The notes under the pieces: generated by a model
Database searches by the model: none
What the model was told of the DNA's origin: nothing
Seen by the model: the letters and a program-made list of their open reading frames with translations, nothing else
NCBI GenBank assembly: GCA_030324005.1
Contig: JARDVH010000031.1
Coordinates: 57,083,869-57,147,868, forward strand
Length of the DNA stretch: 64,000 nucleotides
Direction: 5' to 3'
From: Negaprion brevirostris
Lineage: Eukaryota
Shown: piece by piece, positions 50,524-63,290 of the stretch
Layout of the letters: each line of letters starts with the position of its first letter
How positions within the stretch are numbered: the stretch's first letter is position 1
Position numbers and translations under genes: made by a program

Positions 50524-50836
50524 TTTTTTTGTTTATATCCAATTCAATCCAATCAACTTCCAATTCAAAGTCTCAGCAAGTGAGATATTGCAGATCCAAG
50601 CTGACAAAACAAGGTTTCCCACTTCCTGTTTAGGGCTTGATCTACATGATCCAATCAGATTGGAGCAGGCATTGTACCTCCTCCAAAGCTTGATCTCATT
50701 TGCATCTTAGCCAAAAGGTCGAGATGCCGCTTTTAAAAAATTGCTTCAAATGAAGCTTCAGTGCAACCTCATGACTTCAACCAAGTGCAGGATGCCAAAA
50801 CTACACTTGATCGTAGCCAAAAGCCTGAGAAACAAT
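50524..50836 (-). mobile_element. U2 snRNA-headed retroposon (SINEU/Keno-like)
   Basis: Minus strand starts ATTGTTTCTCAGGCTTTTGGCTACGATCAAGTGTAGT, 32/37 identical to U2 nt 1-37. Second U2 5' copy at 50704-50727; ends in ttgga-like repeats and an A-tail. Confidence 0.75.
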
Positions 50837-51760
50837 GGCGCAGGGAATGAATGATTTTGTGGAAGGGGTGTCAATCAAGTGGGCTGCTTTGCCCTGGATA
50901 GTATCAAGCTTCTTGAGTGTTGTTGGAGCTGCGCTCATCAAGGCAAGTGAAGAATGTCCCATCCCATTCCTGAATTGTACCTTATGGATGATGGACAGGC
51001 TTTGGGGAGTCAGGATTTAGTTGCTGACCTCAGGGTTCATAGCCTCTGTCCCGTTATTGTAGTCACAGTGTTTATATGTCTAGTATATGGTAATAACAAA
51101 ATAGGCAAACAAATACAGCAGGTAACAGGGACGTGGGAGACAAGATATTAAAGGAAGGATGATTTTGAATTGAAATTATGTTAAAATTACAAATCAGCAT
51201 ACCATTTCCATTGAAGTTCATGTAAATTTCATCATTTAATTACTACATTATGCATTATTGTGCAAATTTCTGCTATTCCTTTTAAGAACAAATCCAGGCT
51301 TTCAATCCACAGTTCATCAAAAATATTTTCACAATCTCAAGAGATCCTTTACTCCCTCTGCTGGACAGGCAGAAGATTAAGATACAAAAGACCCCCAGCC
51401 CCTGTCCCTCCAGCTGTCCTCTGAATAAAATTATCACCGAACGCAGTTGCTTGAAAATTAGGATTCAGACTGAGTTCAGTACAAATAATGCGCTAGGATC
51501 AAGAAAATGCTCATACCCTAAAGCAAACTTCGTTAATATTTCATGATTTTCTTGTATCAAAAATTAAGCATGTCACAACCTTTGCAATTAAATATTTTGA
51601 TCAAGTTCTATTTTCTTCGATCATCTTTTAAATGCATTCACTTGAGCATTGTTGAAAAAAATGATATGCTGTCAACGGTTCTTATTTTGAACTCTGGGAT
51701 AGATTCAGGAATGTCAGATTTCAAAGGGAATGACCATTTATACTGCATGAGAAAAAGGTT

Positions 51761-52318
51761 GGCTGTGGTTTTCCCTATCCCGNNNNNNNNNNNNNNNNNN
51801 NNNNNNNNNNNNNNNNNNNNNNNNNNNNNNNNNNNNNNNNNNNNNNNNNNNNNNNNNNNNNNNNNNNNNNNNNNNNNNNNNNNNNNNNNNNNNNNNNNNN
51901 NNNNNNNNNNNNNNNNNNNNNNNNNNNNNNNNNNNNNNNNNNNNNNNNNNNNNNNNNNNNNNNNNNNNNNNNNNNNNNNNNNNNNNNNNNNNNNNNNNNN
52001 NNNNNNNNNNNNNNNNNNNNNNNNNNNNNNNNNNNNNNNNNNNNNNNNNNNNNNNNNNNNNNNNNNNNNNNNNNNNNNNNNNNNNNNNNNNNNNNNNNNN
52101 NNNNNNNNNNNNNNNNNNNNNNNNNNNNNNNNNNNNNNNNNNNNCTCCAGCGGGTACAGGCATCACCCTCTACTTTTTAATGGTATTCACACTGGTGGCC
52201 TCTGCAATGCACAGTGTGGGAGATTCTTCTTAGGACTCCCACTGCAAAAAATCAGCGTGAATTACTCCAGTTTTCACGCAAATTTGACATTTTGAATTTT
52301 TTGGGGAGAATTCTGGCC
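51761..52318. mobile_element. Harbinger-type MITE with internal gap
   Basis: Termini ggctgtggttttccc / ggggagaattctggcc; flanks gtt/att. Confidence 0.6.
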
Positions 52319-52319
52319 A

Positions 52320-53157
52320 TTTTTTCTTCTTAGGCAGTTCCTCAGAGACGAGGGTGATTCGCTTCCATGCTAAAAATGAGTTGCCAGGTGACTGAGGAGT
52401 CTCTTTTACAACCTACAGTCTGTCACAGGTGGGGCAGATGGTGGTTAGCGGAATGGGTGGATGTGGTGCCCAGATTGCCACGTGTTGCTATCACTGTCAA
52501 TGCTTGGTTTCAGCTTCCTCTTGGCAATAAAACTCAAGGTGTTCAGCTCCTTCCTGGATACTTTTCCTCCACTTTGGATGGGTTTGGGCCAGGGATTCCC
52601 AGCTGTCAGTGGGGATGTTGCACTTTTTCGAGGCAGCTTCAAGGATGTCCTTGAAGCATTTCCTCTGTCCTCCAAGGGTTTGTTTGCTATTTGCTGTATT
52701 GAAGCTCCAGGTAGGGCACTTATTTCGGGAGTCACGTGCCAGGCACCTGGATGATGTGGTCCACGCAGCCGAACTGATCGAGGGTGGTCAATGATTTGCT
52801 GCTGGGGATGTTGGCCTGAGTGAGAACACCGGCATTGGTGATCATATCCTGCCAATGAAATCGCTGTTGCTGAGGCAGTGCTGGTTGTCCTTCTCCATCA
52901 CTCTGAGGTGCCTGCTGTACATAGTCCATGGGAATGATCTGCCCTGTCCACAGTGCTGTTCTAGCAGCGCAACAGGCCAGGAGACATTAGCGGAGACTGT
53001 CTAGTGGAATCCCCACCTCTCCGGGGACAGGGTTTCTGGAGTCATCAGCTCCGTACCGGAAATCAGCACTGAGCTGATTTAAATGTAAAAATCCAGATTT
53101 GAATCCTATTAGTGGGCCTGGGACTGAAGTCTCTGCATCTCACCGCACCTCCCCCCC

Positions 53158-53201
<44 letters not shown>

Positions 53202-53830
53202 ACNNNNNNNNNNNNNNNNNNNNNNNNNNNNNNNNNNNGCTTACCCAGGTCCCCACTTGCAGGGAAGTGGTGGTGGACCCCACTGGAGTTAAGAGAGGCT
53301 ATGGAGGTCCACCCCAGGAGGGTGGGGATAAGGGGGGATGCTCCCTGGCATTTCCAAGCTAGCTCCCTGGCACCGTCCAAAGGGCACCTTGGCACTGCTC
53401 ATCAGGCATTAGACAGTGCTAATGGGGTGGGGCCAGAGGGAATGGGGCCTATTTGGGGCAGGATCTATGGGGGGAGCTTGCTGAGGGTAAAATGGAACAT
53501 TGCAGCAAGGAAGATTGAGAAAAGCCTCGATGTGACCCAGGCTGAATTTGAATTGGGTCTATGATGGATCCATTAGTCATGATCATCGCTTGCATGTCAT
53601 CATGAAGAAGGCAGAGGATGGTGAAAAACTTTTCGGGACAGAGGAGGGCACTCCATAATCCCTCACAACTGACAGCCTTGAAGGTCTTTGTGAAGTGAAA
53701 AAGGGCCATGCACAGGGGTTCTTGCTGTTACCTGCATTTCTCTTGTAGTTGCTCTGTGGTGAAGNNNNNNNNNNNNNNNNNNNNNACACTGAGACTCTGG
53801 GAGGAGCTCTACAGTCACAGGAAGAAGGTA
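52320..53830 (-). mobile_element. RTE-clade LINE fragments (52320-52930, 53540-53830) separated by a GC-rich MITE-like insert
   Basis: FTKTFKAVSCEGLW...CPEKFFTILCLLHDDMQA (RTE RT) and HWQDMITNAGVLTQANIPS. Confidence 0.7.
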
Positions 53831-54329
53831 ATTATCGAGGAAAAGGTTGCGGATTGGGTGACAAGCTGACTTTGATTTGCTGTGGTCTTGCAATGGAGAA
53901 TGCAGAAGGGAATTATTGTCCTGCAGACTCTTGGTCAATTCAAGAAAAGCTGCAACAGCTGGAAATGTTCCTTTTTGCCTTGACAGATCCCTGTGTACGA
54001 ATCTATTTAGTTTTTGGCAAGCATAAGTGAGTCGCATTGAGAACCTCTCTGATAAATGGGCTGTTCGCATGAACCTTAGCACATTCAGGATTGTCCAGTA
54101 CATGCTGCCCACATGCAGAAACACAGAACATAAGGGGCCAGATTTTCCAAGGAGCACAAAGTATCGTCAGATTGCTGCTTCACTCGAAAATTTCCCCAAC
54201 TTAACAATGCTCTGTATTTTGTCCCAAATCTTCTAGGCCTGGCCTTTCCAGAAATGCAGAACACACCGTCTCTCAGAGATCTGCTGCAAATCTAAAAATC
54301 TGGATTCAATATTAGTGTACGAGTGAAAG

Positions 54330-54760
54330 AATGAATGGGTAGAGTGGTAGGGCAGATAGAGGGGTGAGGTCAGTGGCTATGTGGGTGTACTGGATGTGTT
54401 GTTAAGTGGGTAGGTAGTTAAGTATGCAGGGTTTGGTAGAGTGGTTAAGCAAGTGGGTGAGGTGGGTAGGTAGGTGAAGTGGATGAGAGGGTAAGGGAGA
54501 GTTGGTAAGTGGCTGAGGTGATAGGCGGGAAAGGGAGTAGATAGGTGAGGAGGTAGATAGGTCTGGGGAATGTTCAGGGGGTTAGTAGGTTGCGTTGGGA
54601 GAATAGTCGTGTCAGATCAAGGTTAGATCAGGTGGTCAAGGGGAGTATTTGGGTTGTGTTGGCAGGGTAACCAGATCAGGATAGTGGCATAATAAGCTGG
54701 TCAGGGTTGGTCAGATAGGTAGTCAGAACATCAGGAGTTATGCAGGTTGGGTGCCTGGAT
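54330..54760. repeat. G/T-rich low-complexity tract
   Basis: Degenerate ggtag/gggt repeats. Confidence 0.6.
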
Positions 54761-55880
54761 GTTTCTTTGTTGTTATGTTTTCTTTAAAATTTAATTTGGA
54801 ATAGATTTTTGGGAAATTTCATACTATATGTGTCAGATTCGATCCAGGAACTTGTGTAACAATTCTTTGAACAGTGTGTAAGCACTGGGGGAAAGGGGAG
54901 TCTAATTAGGTGAAGTGATACCACTTTTCTCCTCCTAGCTGTAGTTATGTTTTGAAGATGACAGCTCCAAAATATTCAAGTGTTAAGTGATGAGGTCGTT
55001 CTCGGGATTATTTTGAAGTAGTCCTTTTACTAAGGTTACTAAATCATGAATTTGGTTTTCACTTCATTCCCAACAGATAAAAAAGAATTAGCATTGCAAA
55101 GAGCATATATGTAAGATATAAACAGAAAATGCTGGAACTATATAGCATAAAATCATAGAATCCCTACTGTGTAGGGACCATTCGGCCCATCGAGTTTGCA
55201 CCAACCACAATCCCACCCAGGCCTTATTGCCATAACCCCTCATATTTACTCTGCTAATCCCCCTGGCAAGTCTAGTTAAGTAGATGTTTCAGAAAAAGAC
55301 ATTTGGACAGAACAGTTACGACAATAAGTGTTTCTTTTCTTGAAATTTGAACAAAGCTGCTATTTCGAGCATTTTCATTTTTCATTCTCAGCGTGCACTA
55401 TATCAACATCAAAATAACTGAGATAAATCTTACTGCTACAATTCACAAGACCTCTGGCACAACCCAATGTACATGCCTTTTTCTCTTGTATCTGTGATAT
55501 AATTAAAAAACTATTTTATACTGTAAATTTGTTATATATTTTGAAAAATAGCCAAGTGGCACAAAAAACCTTTGCTGTGCCAACATACTAAAACAAACTC
55601 CTTGACATTAAAATTACTTCAGATTTTTAGGCTGTTATGAAAATTTTTTTGTTTAAAACTTGCCCCTTTACTCTTTGATTTGATGAAATGTAGATGAGTG
55701 TTCCGAATTAAATTTGCACCTACATAATTTCAAAATCATAGAAGTCCTACAGTGTAGAAGGAGGCCATTCAGCCCATCGAGTCTGCACTGACTCTTCGAC
55801 TGAGCGCGTTACCCTGGCCGTATCCCGTAACCTCTTGTATTTAACCTGCTAATCTCCCATGTGCATCTTGGGACACTATG

Positions 55881-56951
55881 GGGCTGATTTTACCATTTTC
55901 ATTCTAAGTGCTGAATCTGGGCACAATTCAGGTCCCACTTGGAAATCTGTTCCCAGGTTCCCCGTATGCACTTAGCTTGAAAAAAAACAGCAGATCTGAA
56001 TTGTGCAGTGGTCGGAGCTTAATGCCCCTGAAACAATCGGAGCTCTGGACTGCGCACGCGGTTAGAAAAAAGATTGAAAAAGCGCACCCGTGTCACATTG
56101 CTCCCGGGCCACAAAAAATGAAAGCGATGGTCCCCACAGACATCAGCCCACGCCCACAACATAACCATCCTCCTTATTCACCCATCACCCCCCGCTACCC
56201 AGACCGATTACAACCCCCTGCCCCGGCACCATACCAATTGTCCGCAAAGAGGCAGTGGANNNNNNNNNNNNNNNNNNNNNNNNNNNNNNNNNNNNNNNNN
56301 NNNNNNNNNNNNNNNNNNNNNNNNNNNNNNNNNNNNNNNNNNNNNNNNNNNNNNNNNNNNNNNNNNNNNNNNNNNNNNNNNNNNNNNNNNNNNNNNNNNN
56401 NNNNNNNNNNNNNNNNNNNNNNNNNNNNNNNNNNNNNNNNNNNNNNNNNNNNNNNNNNNNNNNNNNNNNNNNNNNNNNNNNNNNNNNNNNNNNNNNNNNN
56501 NNNNNNNNNNNNNNNNNNNNNNNNNNNNNNNNNNNNNNNNNNNNNNNNNNNNNNNNNNNNNNNNNNNNNNNNNNNNNNNNNNNNNNNNNNNNNNNNNNNN
56601 NNNNNNNNNNNNNNNNNNNNNNNNNNNNNNNNNNNNNNNNNNNNNNNNNNNNNNNNNNNNNNNNNNNNNNNNNNNNNNNNNNNNNNNNNNNNNNNNNNNN
56701 NNNNNNNNNNNNNNNNNNNNNNNNNNNNNNNNNNNNNNNNNGTGGTAAAAGGGGAAATGCTGAAAAAGTTGGGCGGGCGTTCACTAATTCAATTTAAATG
56801 CACTCAAATGTATTTAAGTTGCCGTTACGCCTGTTTTGGGTGTGAATCGGATTGCGGCCATTCCCGTGGTAAAGTGGCAATCTGCGCGGACACGGGCGTG
56901 GTTCACGTTAATGGCCTCATGCCTGACTTTACCACCAGTAAAATCAGGCCC
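55881..56951. mobile_element. Harbinger-type MITE (33091 family) inserted in an HE1 SINE, with gap
   Basis: TIRs gggctgattttacc / agtaaaatcaggccc; flanks gacact-atg | aag-g restore HE1 gacactaagg. Confidence 0.75.
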
Positions 56952-57539
56952 AAGGAGTCAAGTTTTCAACATATTTGAAAAGTCCCACTGGGGCACCTAA
57001 TGGAATTTAAATTCAATTAGTGTAAACCTGGAATTCAAAGCTAGTATCAGTAATGGTGAAAGTGAAACTGTTGTTAAAAACCCATCCCGTTCACTAACAT
57101 CCTTCAGGGCAGGGATCTGGCCCACATGTAACTCAAACAATGTGGTTGGCTTTTAAGTTCAATTAGATATCGGCAACAAATGCAGACCTTGCCAGTGAAA
57201 TTCACATCTCATGAAAGATTTAAAAAAATAGCGATTCTCCAATGACAGATACCCTGCCACTGCTGCCAGTGAGAATGGAGAATTTGGTGCTCAACCAAAC
57301 CACTGCATCGGAACTGGAGAATCGCAGCCGCAGGGAAACAAACCTGTTGGACTTTAACCTGGCGTCAGGAGATTTCTTACTGTGTTTGCCTGCTCAGTGC
57401 CAGAGGTAGAGACATCTTCTCACAGCTGGTGAAAAAATTGGAATGGCAGTGAGTAGCATTGGTCGAATTGAGAATGGGGTTCAGCAGAGGGAGTTTGAGG
57501 GATTGAGTTGTACATTAATAAACAGAACCTCGAGGGTAA

Positions 57540-60430
57540 TAATCTCTGGAATAATACCAGACTCACGAGCAAATTGGAGTAGGGTCAAGCAGAGTATGAA
57601 TTAAATATCTGTCTACAAGAGTGGTGTGGAAAGAAATAATTTTCATTTACGGAGAGCCAACAGCAGTAGCAGGGACAGAATGAACTGTACAGATGGGATA
57701 GGGTTACGTAAACCTGGCTGTTACTGAGGAATTGTACAACTAACGCTGTGAATATGATTTAAATTAAAAGGTCGTGGAGGGTGCAGATGAAGAGAACATT
57801 AGCAATCTAAAGAGAAAAATGGAAGCAATATATGGTTCTTCATCAGAGCTCAGCTGTTCTTCAGAGAACTCAACTGAATATGTTATATGTACACAAAACA
57901 TTAGCTCAGTTTCTCTCTCCACAGATGCTGCCACACCTGCTGAGTTTTTCCAACATTTTCTGCTTTTATTTGAGTTAGTGACAGAAGTGGGATAAATGAG
58001 TTTGATCTAATTGACATTATAGAAATACGGATCTGAACGTTATGTCTTCAGTCCTTAGGGACGATGGGGAGGGAGGCAGGTTGGGTGGGGTGTGGAGGGG
58101 GTAGTGCAGTGGTGGTGCACATGGAAGCCATGACCTCGGGAAATTAACTGCCTGATGGCCATAAAATGTTCTGTCTTCCTGAACTATCATCCCAATCTCC
58201 TCCACACAAGATTTAAACCCATGATAGCAAAGTGACCGAGATTGGCAAATAAAAATTAGAGACAATAAACATTTTGAAATAAACATGCAGATGGAAGAGG
58301 AGGAGAACTACCCCTGATACTGAAGGGTGCCATCAGCACAGTGTTGAGTAAGGATCTTGTCTCAGAAAGTCAGGCAGTAGAATCAGTATGGATGAAGGTT
58401 AGTAATAAAAAGGAGTAGTTTATAGACCTCCTAATAGTGGATGTACTATTAGATAGAACATTAAGCAAGAAATAATTGGAACTTACATGGGGGACATTAA
58501 CCACCATACAGACAAATTAACTTGGCAAAGATAGCCTGGAAGATGAGTTTGTTGAATGCTTCCACAGCAGTTTCCTGGACCGATACATTATAGAACCAAC
58601 TAGGGATAAAACTATTTTGGATCTATTATTATGTAACGAAGTAGGGTTAATTAGTTGCCTCACAGTAAAAGATCTTCTGGGATGAGTTCTTAGTATAATT
58701 GAGTTCCATATTTATGTTTGACTCCAGCCCAAAACAAGAGTATTCGTCTTAAACCAAGCCAATTACAAAGGTATAAGTGGAGAAAGAATTAGGTTTGATT
58801 GAATAAATAAACTAAAGAAACAAAATCATCTGATAATGATCCATCTGTGGTTTATGGTGAAATTAAGGATAGTATTAGATTAAAAGAAAAGACTCATATA
58901 TTGTTATAAAGAACAGTAGTAAGCAAAGTATTGGGAAAGTTATAGAAAACAGCAAAGGATGACCACAAAGTTGATAAAAAGGGGAAAGAAAAGCATTCAA
59001 GAGTAAACTAGCCAAGAATTTAAAAATATGGATTAAGAGCTTTTATTAAGAGGAGGGTACTGTAAACATTGATCTTCTGGCAGGAGAGACATGAGAAATT
59101 ATCACAGAGAATGAAAAAGTAGCAGAGATGTTGAACAAATACTTTGGACAAGATTTTTGGGCCTGCCTTGAGCAGATGGATAGGCCCAGAGATGCCAGTG
59201 CCAGCTAGATTCCTGACCCTGTTCGGCACGCCATGCGTTTTAGAGGAAATTGGATTGGGATTGGTAGGGCTACTCGTCCCCATTGGTTAAGTTTGTTAAA
59301 GGTTTGTGTTAGCTGCAATTACTGGAATTACAGGAGGGCTAACTGAAATTTTTCACTTGGCCTCCAGCTTCCAGCATGAGTCATGGCCAGATTAGGGCCT
59401 GGAGCCGAACATTGAGTGGGAATTCCAGGCAAGGCTCGTGGCCCTAATTGTCGGCCTGGTTGTGAAAGCAGCCACATGCTGTCCTGTAGGGGAGAACCCC
59501 ATGCCCTCCTTATCTCCGACTGGTGACCTGGCTGCAAGAATGGTTTTTAATTTCATGTTTTTAGGAAGTTGGTGGNNNNNNNNNNNNNNNNNNNNNNNNC
59601 TCTTTGTAACTTGCTTCCACAGCCTGCTATTCTTCGTAAGATGGAAGGCCTCTGGTTGGCTCTCCAGCTTCAAGAGCTCATCCGCTGCTGTTATTAGATA
59701 GGAAACTTGTCTAATACCAATAGGGGGCATCTCCGGGCAATCCCAATGAGTGACTGTTGCTCCTGGGGGAGGTTGGGGACCAGGAAACAGCCCTGACTTC
59801 TGTTTCCCACCCCTTTGAGAAAATCCAGCCCTTTACGTTAGTGTTCATGATAGAAGATTTAAGTTATGGATCAGAACTGTTTGTTAATCAAAGGGCTAAT
59901 AACAGTGAGGACTTTCAAGCAATTAATATCAGCAGAGGATAAGCATTGGAAAAAATTAAGGCACTCAAAGCTGACAAATCCTCATGACCTGATGGCCTAG
60001 ATCTTGGATTCTAAAAGAGGTGGTTGCAGAGATATTATATGCACTGGTTATGATTTTCCAACTTTTCCTTAAATCTAGAGTGGACTTAAAATTAACAAAT
60101 GTAACACTGATGTTCAAGAAATAAGGAACAGAAACAAAACATGGGGAACTGCAGGAAAGTCAACTGACGCCAGTCATCAGAAAAAATATTGGTACCCATT
60201 TTTAAGGAAGTCTCATTAATGTACATAAAAAATCATATGATGATTAAACGGAGTGAACAAGGTTTTCCAAAAGGGAAAGCACGTTTGGCATTTTTTAAAG
60301 AGTTTTTGTTAGTAAGTGTAGTATACTTGGATCTCCAAAAGTTATTTGCTAAGGTTCTACACTAAAGGTTAATATTGCAAGATAAGTGCTCAGGGAGCTG
60401 GGACTAAGTTATGAGCACGGATGGACGATT
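57540..60430 (+). mobile_element. Long decayed CR1 LINE (end of ORF1, endonuclease, start of RT) with nested insertions
   Basis: YRPPNS, EPTRDKTILDLLLCNE, LNKYF, KADKS and YLDLQK remnants in the expected order. Confidence 0.75.
59146..59831. mobile_element. Harbinger-type MITE with TTT target-site duplication inside CR1
   Basis: aaatacttt|ggacaagattttt...gaaaatccagccc|tttacg; removing it restores CR1 LNKYF..VF. Confidence 0.65.
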
Positions 60431-61677
60431 TGTTGATACACGTATTTGAGGAGTCACAAATGATACTGAATATTGAGCAATCATCGGTCAACATCCCAAC
60501 TTCTGACTTTGTGATGGAGGGAGAGTCATTGACGAAGCAGCTGAAGATGGTTAGGCCGAAGACACTACTTTGAGGAATTCGTGCAGTGATGTCCGGTGGT
60601 TAATGTTCTCTTTAAGCTGCATACCCTGCCTGCATGGTCATGCAACCATCCATCAAGCGCCAGAGATCTTTTATGTCCATCGAGTGGGAGGCCTGCCCTC
60701 AGCTTGAATATTTTAAACAAAACTCAGAAGTCCCTCAGACATTAGAGTGTCAGCTTTGATTTCTGGTCTCAAACCCTGGAGTGGGATACAGAGGTGAGAA
60801 TGCTACTAACTGAGCCATGACTGAAAGTACAAAATTACTGTTGCAAGTGTGAAGTTGACAAAGAAAATTTGATTGCATATCTTCCGAAATACTACATTTT
60901 AGTAATTGGTGACACTTCACCATGGGCTTAAATCCATTGTGCTATCATTTTGGTCAGTGCACATCTAGAATATATTAACATTAAAAACTAATATTTGAAA
61001 ACAGCTGAAAAAAGAGACCTGCGTGAGCAAAGGGGCATTGACTGGTTGGCAAGTCCTTTTTCTCATGCAATTACATATAAATTGCTGCTCCATTTGAAAT
61101 TTGGTACTCTTGCATCTCTCCTGATAAGTGCAAGATGAAAAAGCAACGTCTCTCTTTTTCAGCTATATTCAAATTCTGTACTGCCAAGCGATTATATTAA
61201 TATTCCTGGCAATGTTCAAGGTAAGCTTTCAACCACTACAAATAAAAAAGGAGTGGGTTGACATTTTGAAAGCATGTCTTGGGTACTAATCAGCAAAATG
61301 CTTTTTATTGAAGACTCGACCCAGGTATCTATTGGAAATTCCATCAGCAGTGGGCCAAAATCCAATGTGATTGAATTTCCAGGAGAATGAGAATATATTA
61401 CTATAACGAACAAAACTTTGGAATTGAACACAGTTAGCTTCATCTGCATTTTTACATTGAAAAAGAAAAACCAAGAAGGCTTAAATCTAAGAATTCACTG
61501 TATTACTCCCAGTGTTAGGGGGTGGTGAGGGGGGCATGGGCACGGTGATGGGAGAAAGGTTAGAATTTTAATACCAACAGCAAACATTATAGCCAAATAA
61601 CTCCTGAGTTCACCAGTTACAAACAGATTCTACAAATTTAATCTGTTGATTGATCAAGCAAATTTTTTTTTTACTGC

Positions 61678-61994
61678 GCAGTGGCACAGTGGTTAGCACT
61701 GCTGCCTCACAGCACCAGGGACCCGGGTTCAATTCCAGCCTCGGGTCACTCTCTGTGTGGAGTTTGCACATTCTGAGCCTGTGTGGGTTTACTCCAGGTG
61801 CTCCGCTTTCCTCCCACACTTCAAAAATGTGCATGTTAGGTTGACTGACCGTGATAAATTGCCCCTTAGTGTCAGGGGGATTAGGAAGGTAAATATATGG
61901 GGTTACAGGGATAGGGCCTGGGTGGGATTGTTGTCAGCGCAGACTCAATGGGCCATCTGGCTTCCTTCTGCACTGTAAATTCTACGATTCTATG
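61678..61994 (+). mobile_element. HE1 SINE, full length (CR1-type tail)
   Basis: tggcacagtggttagcactgctgcctcacagcaccagggacccgggttcaattcc...ttctacgattctatg. Confidence 0.9.
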
Positions 61995-63021
61995 CGAGCA
62001 TTGTTGTTCAGGGCCGTGTTCTTGCCAATTCCTAATTGCCCTTGAGAGGTGGTGGTGGACTACCTTGCTGAGCCACTGCAGTCCATGTGGTTCAGCACAC
62101 GCACACTGTTTTTAGAGGGGAGTTTCCAGATTTTGGATCCAGTGATGCTTCAGAAACAGGGATAAATTTCCAAGTTAACTTGGCGTGTGACCTGGAGAGG
62201 AACCTGCTGGCAGTGGCGTCCCTCTGTATTGGCTGCGTTTGTCCTTTATAAGTGGTAGAAGTCACAGGTTTAGAAGGTGATGTTGACAATCTGCTGCAGT
62301 GATTTATTAAGAAATGGATAGTTTGTAAAGTTTTCTACAAAGAGCATCATTGCAATTAACTGTACTGGAAAAAAAGAGAGGTATAAGTATTAACCAAGAT
62401 CATAGATGGACATGATCCAACAAGTGCAATCCCAGGTAGTGAATTGCCAAGCAGTAGAGTTAATTACATGGCTATATCAAGGAAACAAACTGACTAGAGA
62501 TTGGACTGAGATGTGCTGTCTGACCCATGCCAACCTGTAATATACCATGTGCTACCAGTGTCAGAAAATAACCAGAATCCTGAACTTCAGTATGTGAGTT
62601 TGATGGCTTATTATATCAATGTTGTTCTTCATGGCCCTAACCTTCTCAATGTTGGTTGTGCTTGAATATGAAATACTGCCCCAGGTGAGTGAATTGCTAC
62701 ATAGCTAATGAGTAACCTACACTGGACACATAAGATGCTCTATGAACATCTGTAGAAACTAATTTTGCTGCTGAATTGTTATTTGAAGCACTGCCTATCA
62801 CTTTTGAGGGGCTACATGATGAAATGAAACTGGCAGCTGTAGAGACCAAGTAAATGTTTTTGTGCTACTCCAGACAGTAGTTTCTTCAGAATGTGTGTTG
62901 GTCTGTATGAGTACCTATCTAATCTCAAACTCCCTCCATCATGGCCATTTGTAATCATTGTCCAAAGCGCTAAAGTTGGTAATAATTCCATCCATAGCAA
63001 AAGTAAGATTATTCATGAGAT

Positions 63022-63290
63022 GCATGGTGACGTGATGTTTAGCACTGCTGCCTCTCCGTGCCAAGGACAATGTTCAGTTCTGGCCTCAGGTAACTGTCTG
63101 TGTGGAGTTTTCACAGTTTCCTCCCACATCAAAAGATGTGCAAGTTAGGTGGATTGGCCATGCTAGATTACCCTTAGTGTCAGGGGATTAACAGGGTAAA
63201 AATATGGGGTTACAGGGCTTGGGTGGGATTGTTGTTGGTGCAGGCTCAATGGGCTAAATAGCTTCCTTCTGCACTGTAAGAGGATTCTAT
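63022..63290 (+). mobile_element. HE1 SINE with internal deletion
   Basis: Degenerate head, core and CR1-type tail. Confidence 0.8.

Noticed and set aside
50800-50836. Functional U2 snRNA gene
   Set aside because: Only nt 1-37 are present, with 5 substitutions; no Sm site, 3' stem-loops or upstream promoter.
53099-53564. Poly-proline / poly-glycine ORFs
   Set aside because: Translation of a poly-C run next to a gap inside a MITE-like insert.
55908-56978. 356-aa ORF, and other long ORFs such as 51543-52295, 10312-10977 and 2172-2810
   Set aside because: Length comes from N runs; the real parts are MITE or non-coding sequence.
61286-61474. TADGIS resembling STK39 DTADGVSQEL
   Set aside because: No acceptor before it and similarity stops after six residues; likely chance.
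62812-63000. ITNGHD resembling STK39 VDGHDVV
   Set aside because: Three-residue match without supporting context.
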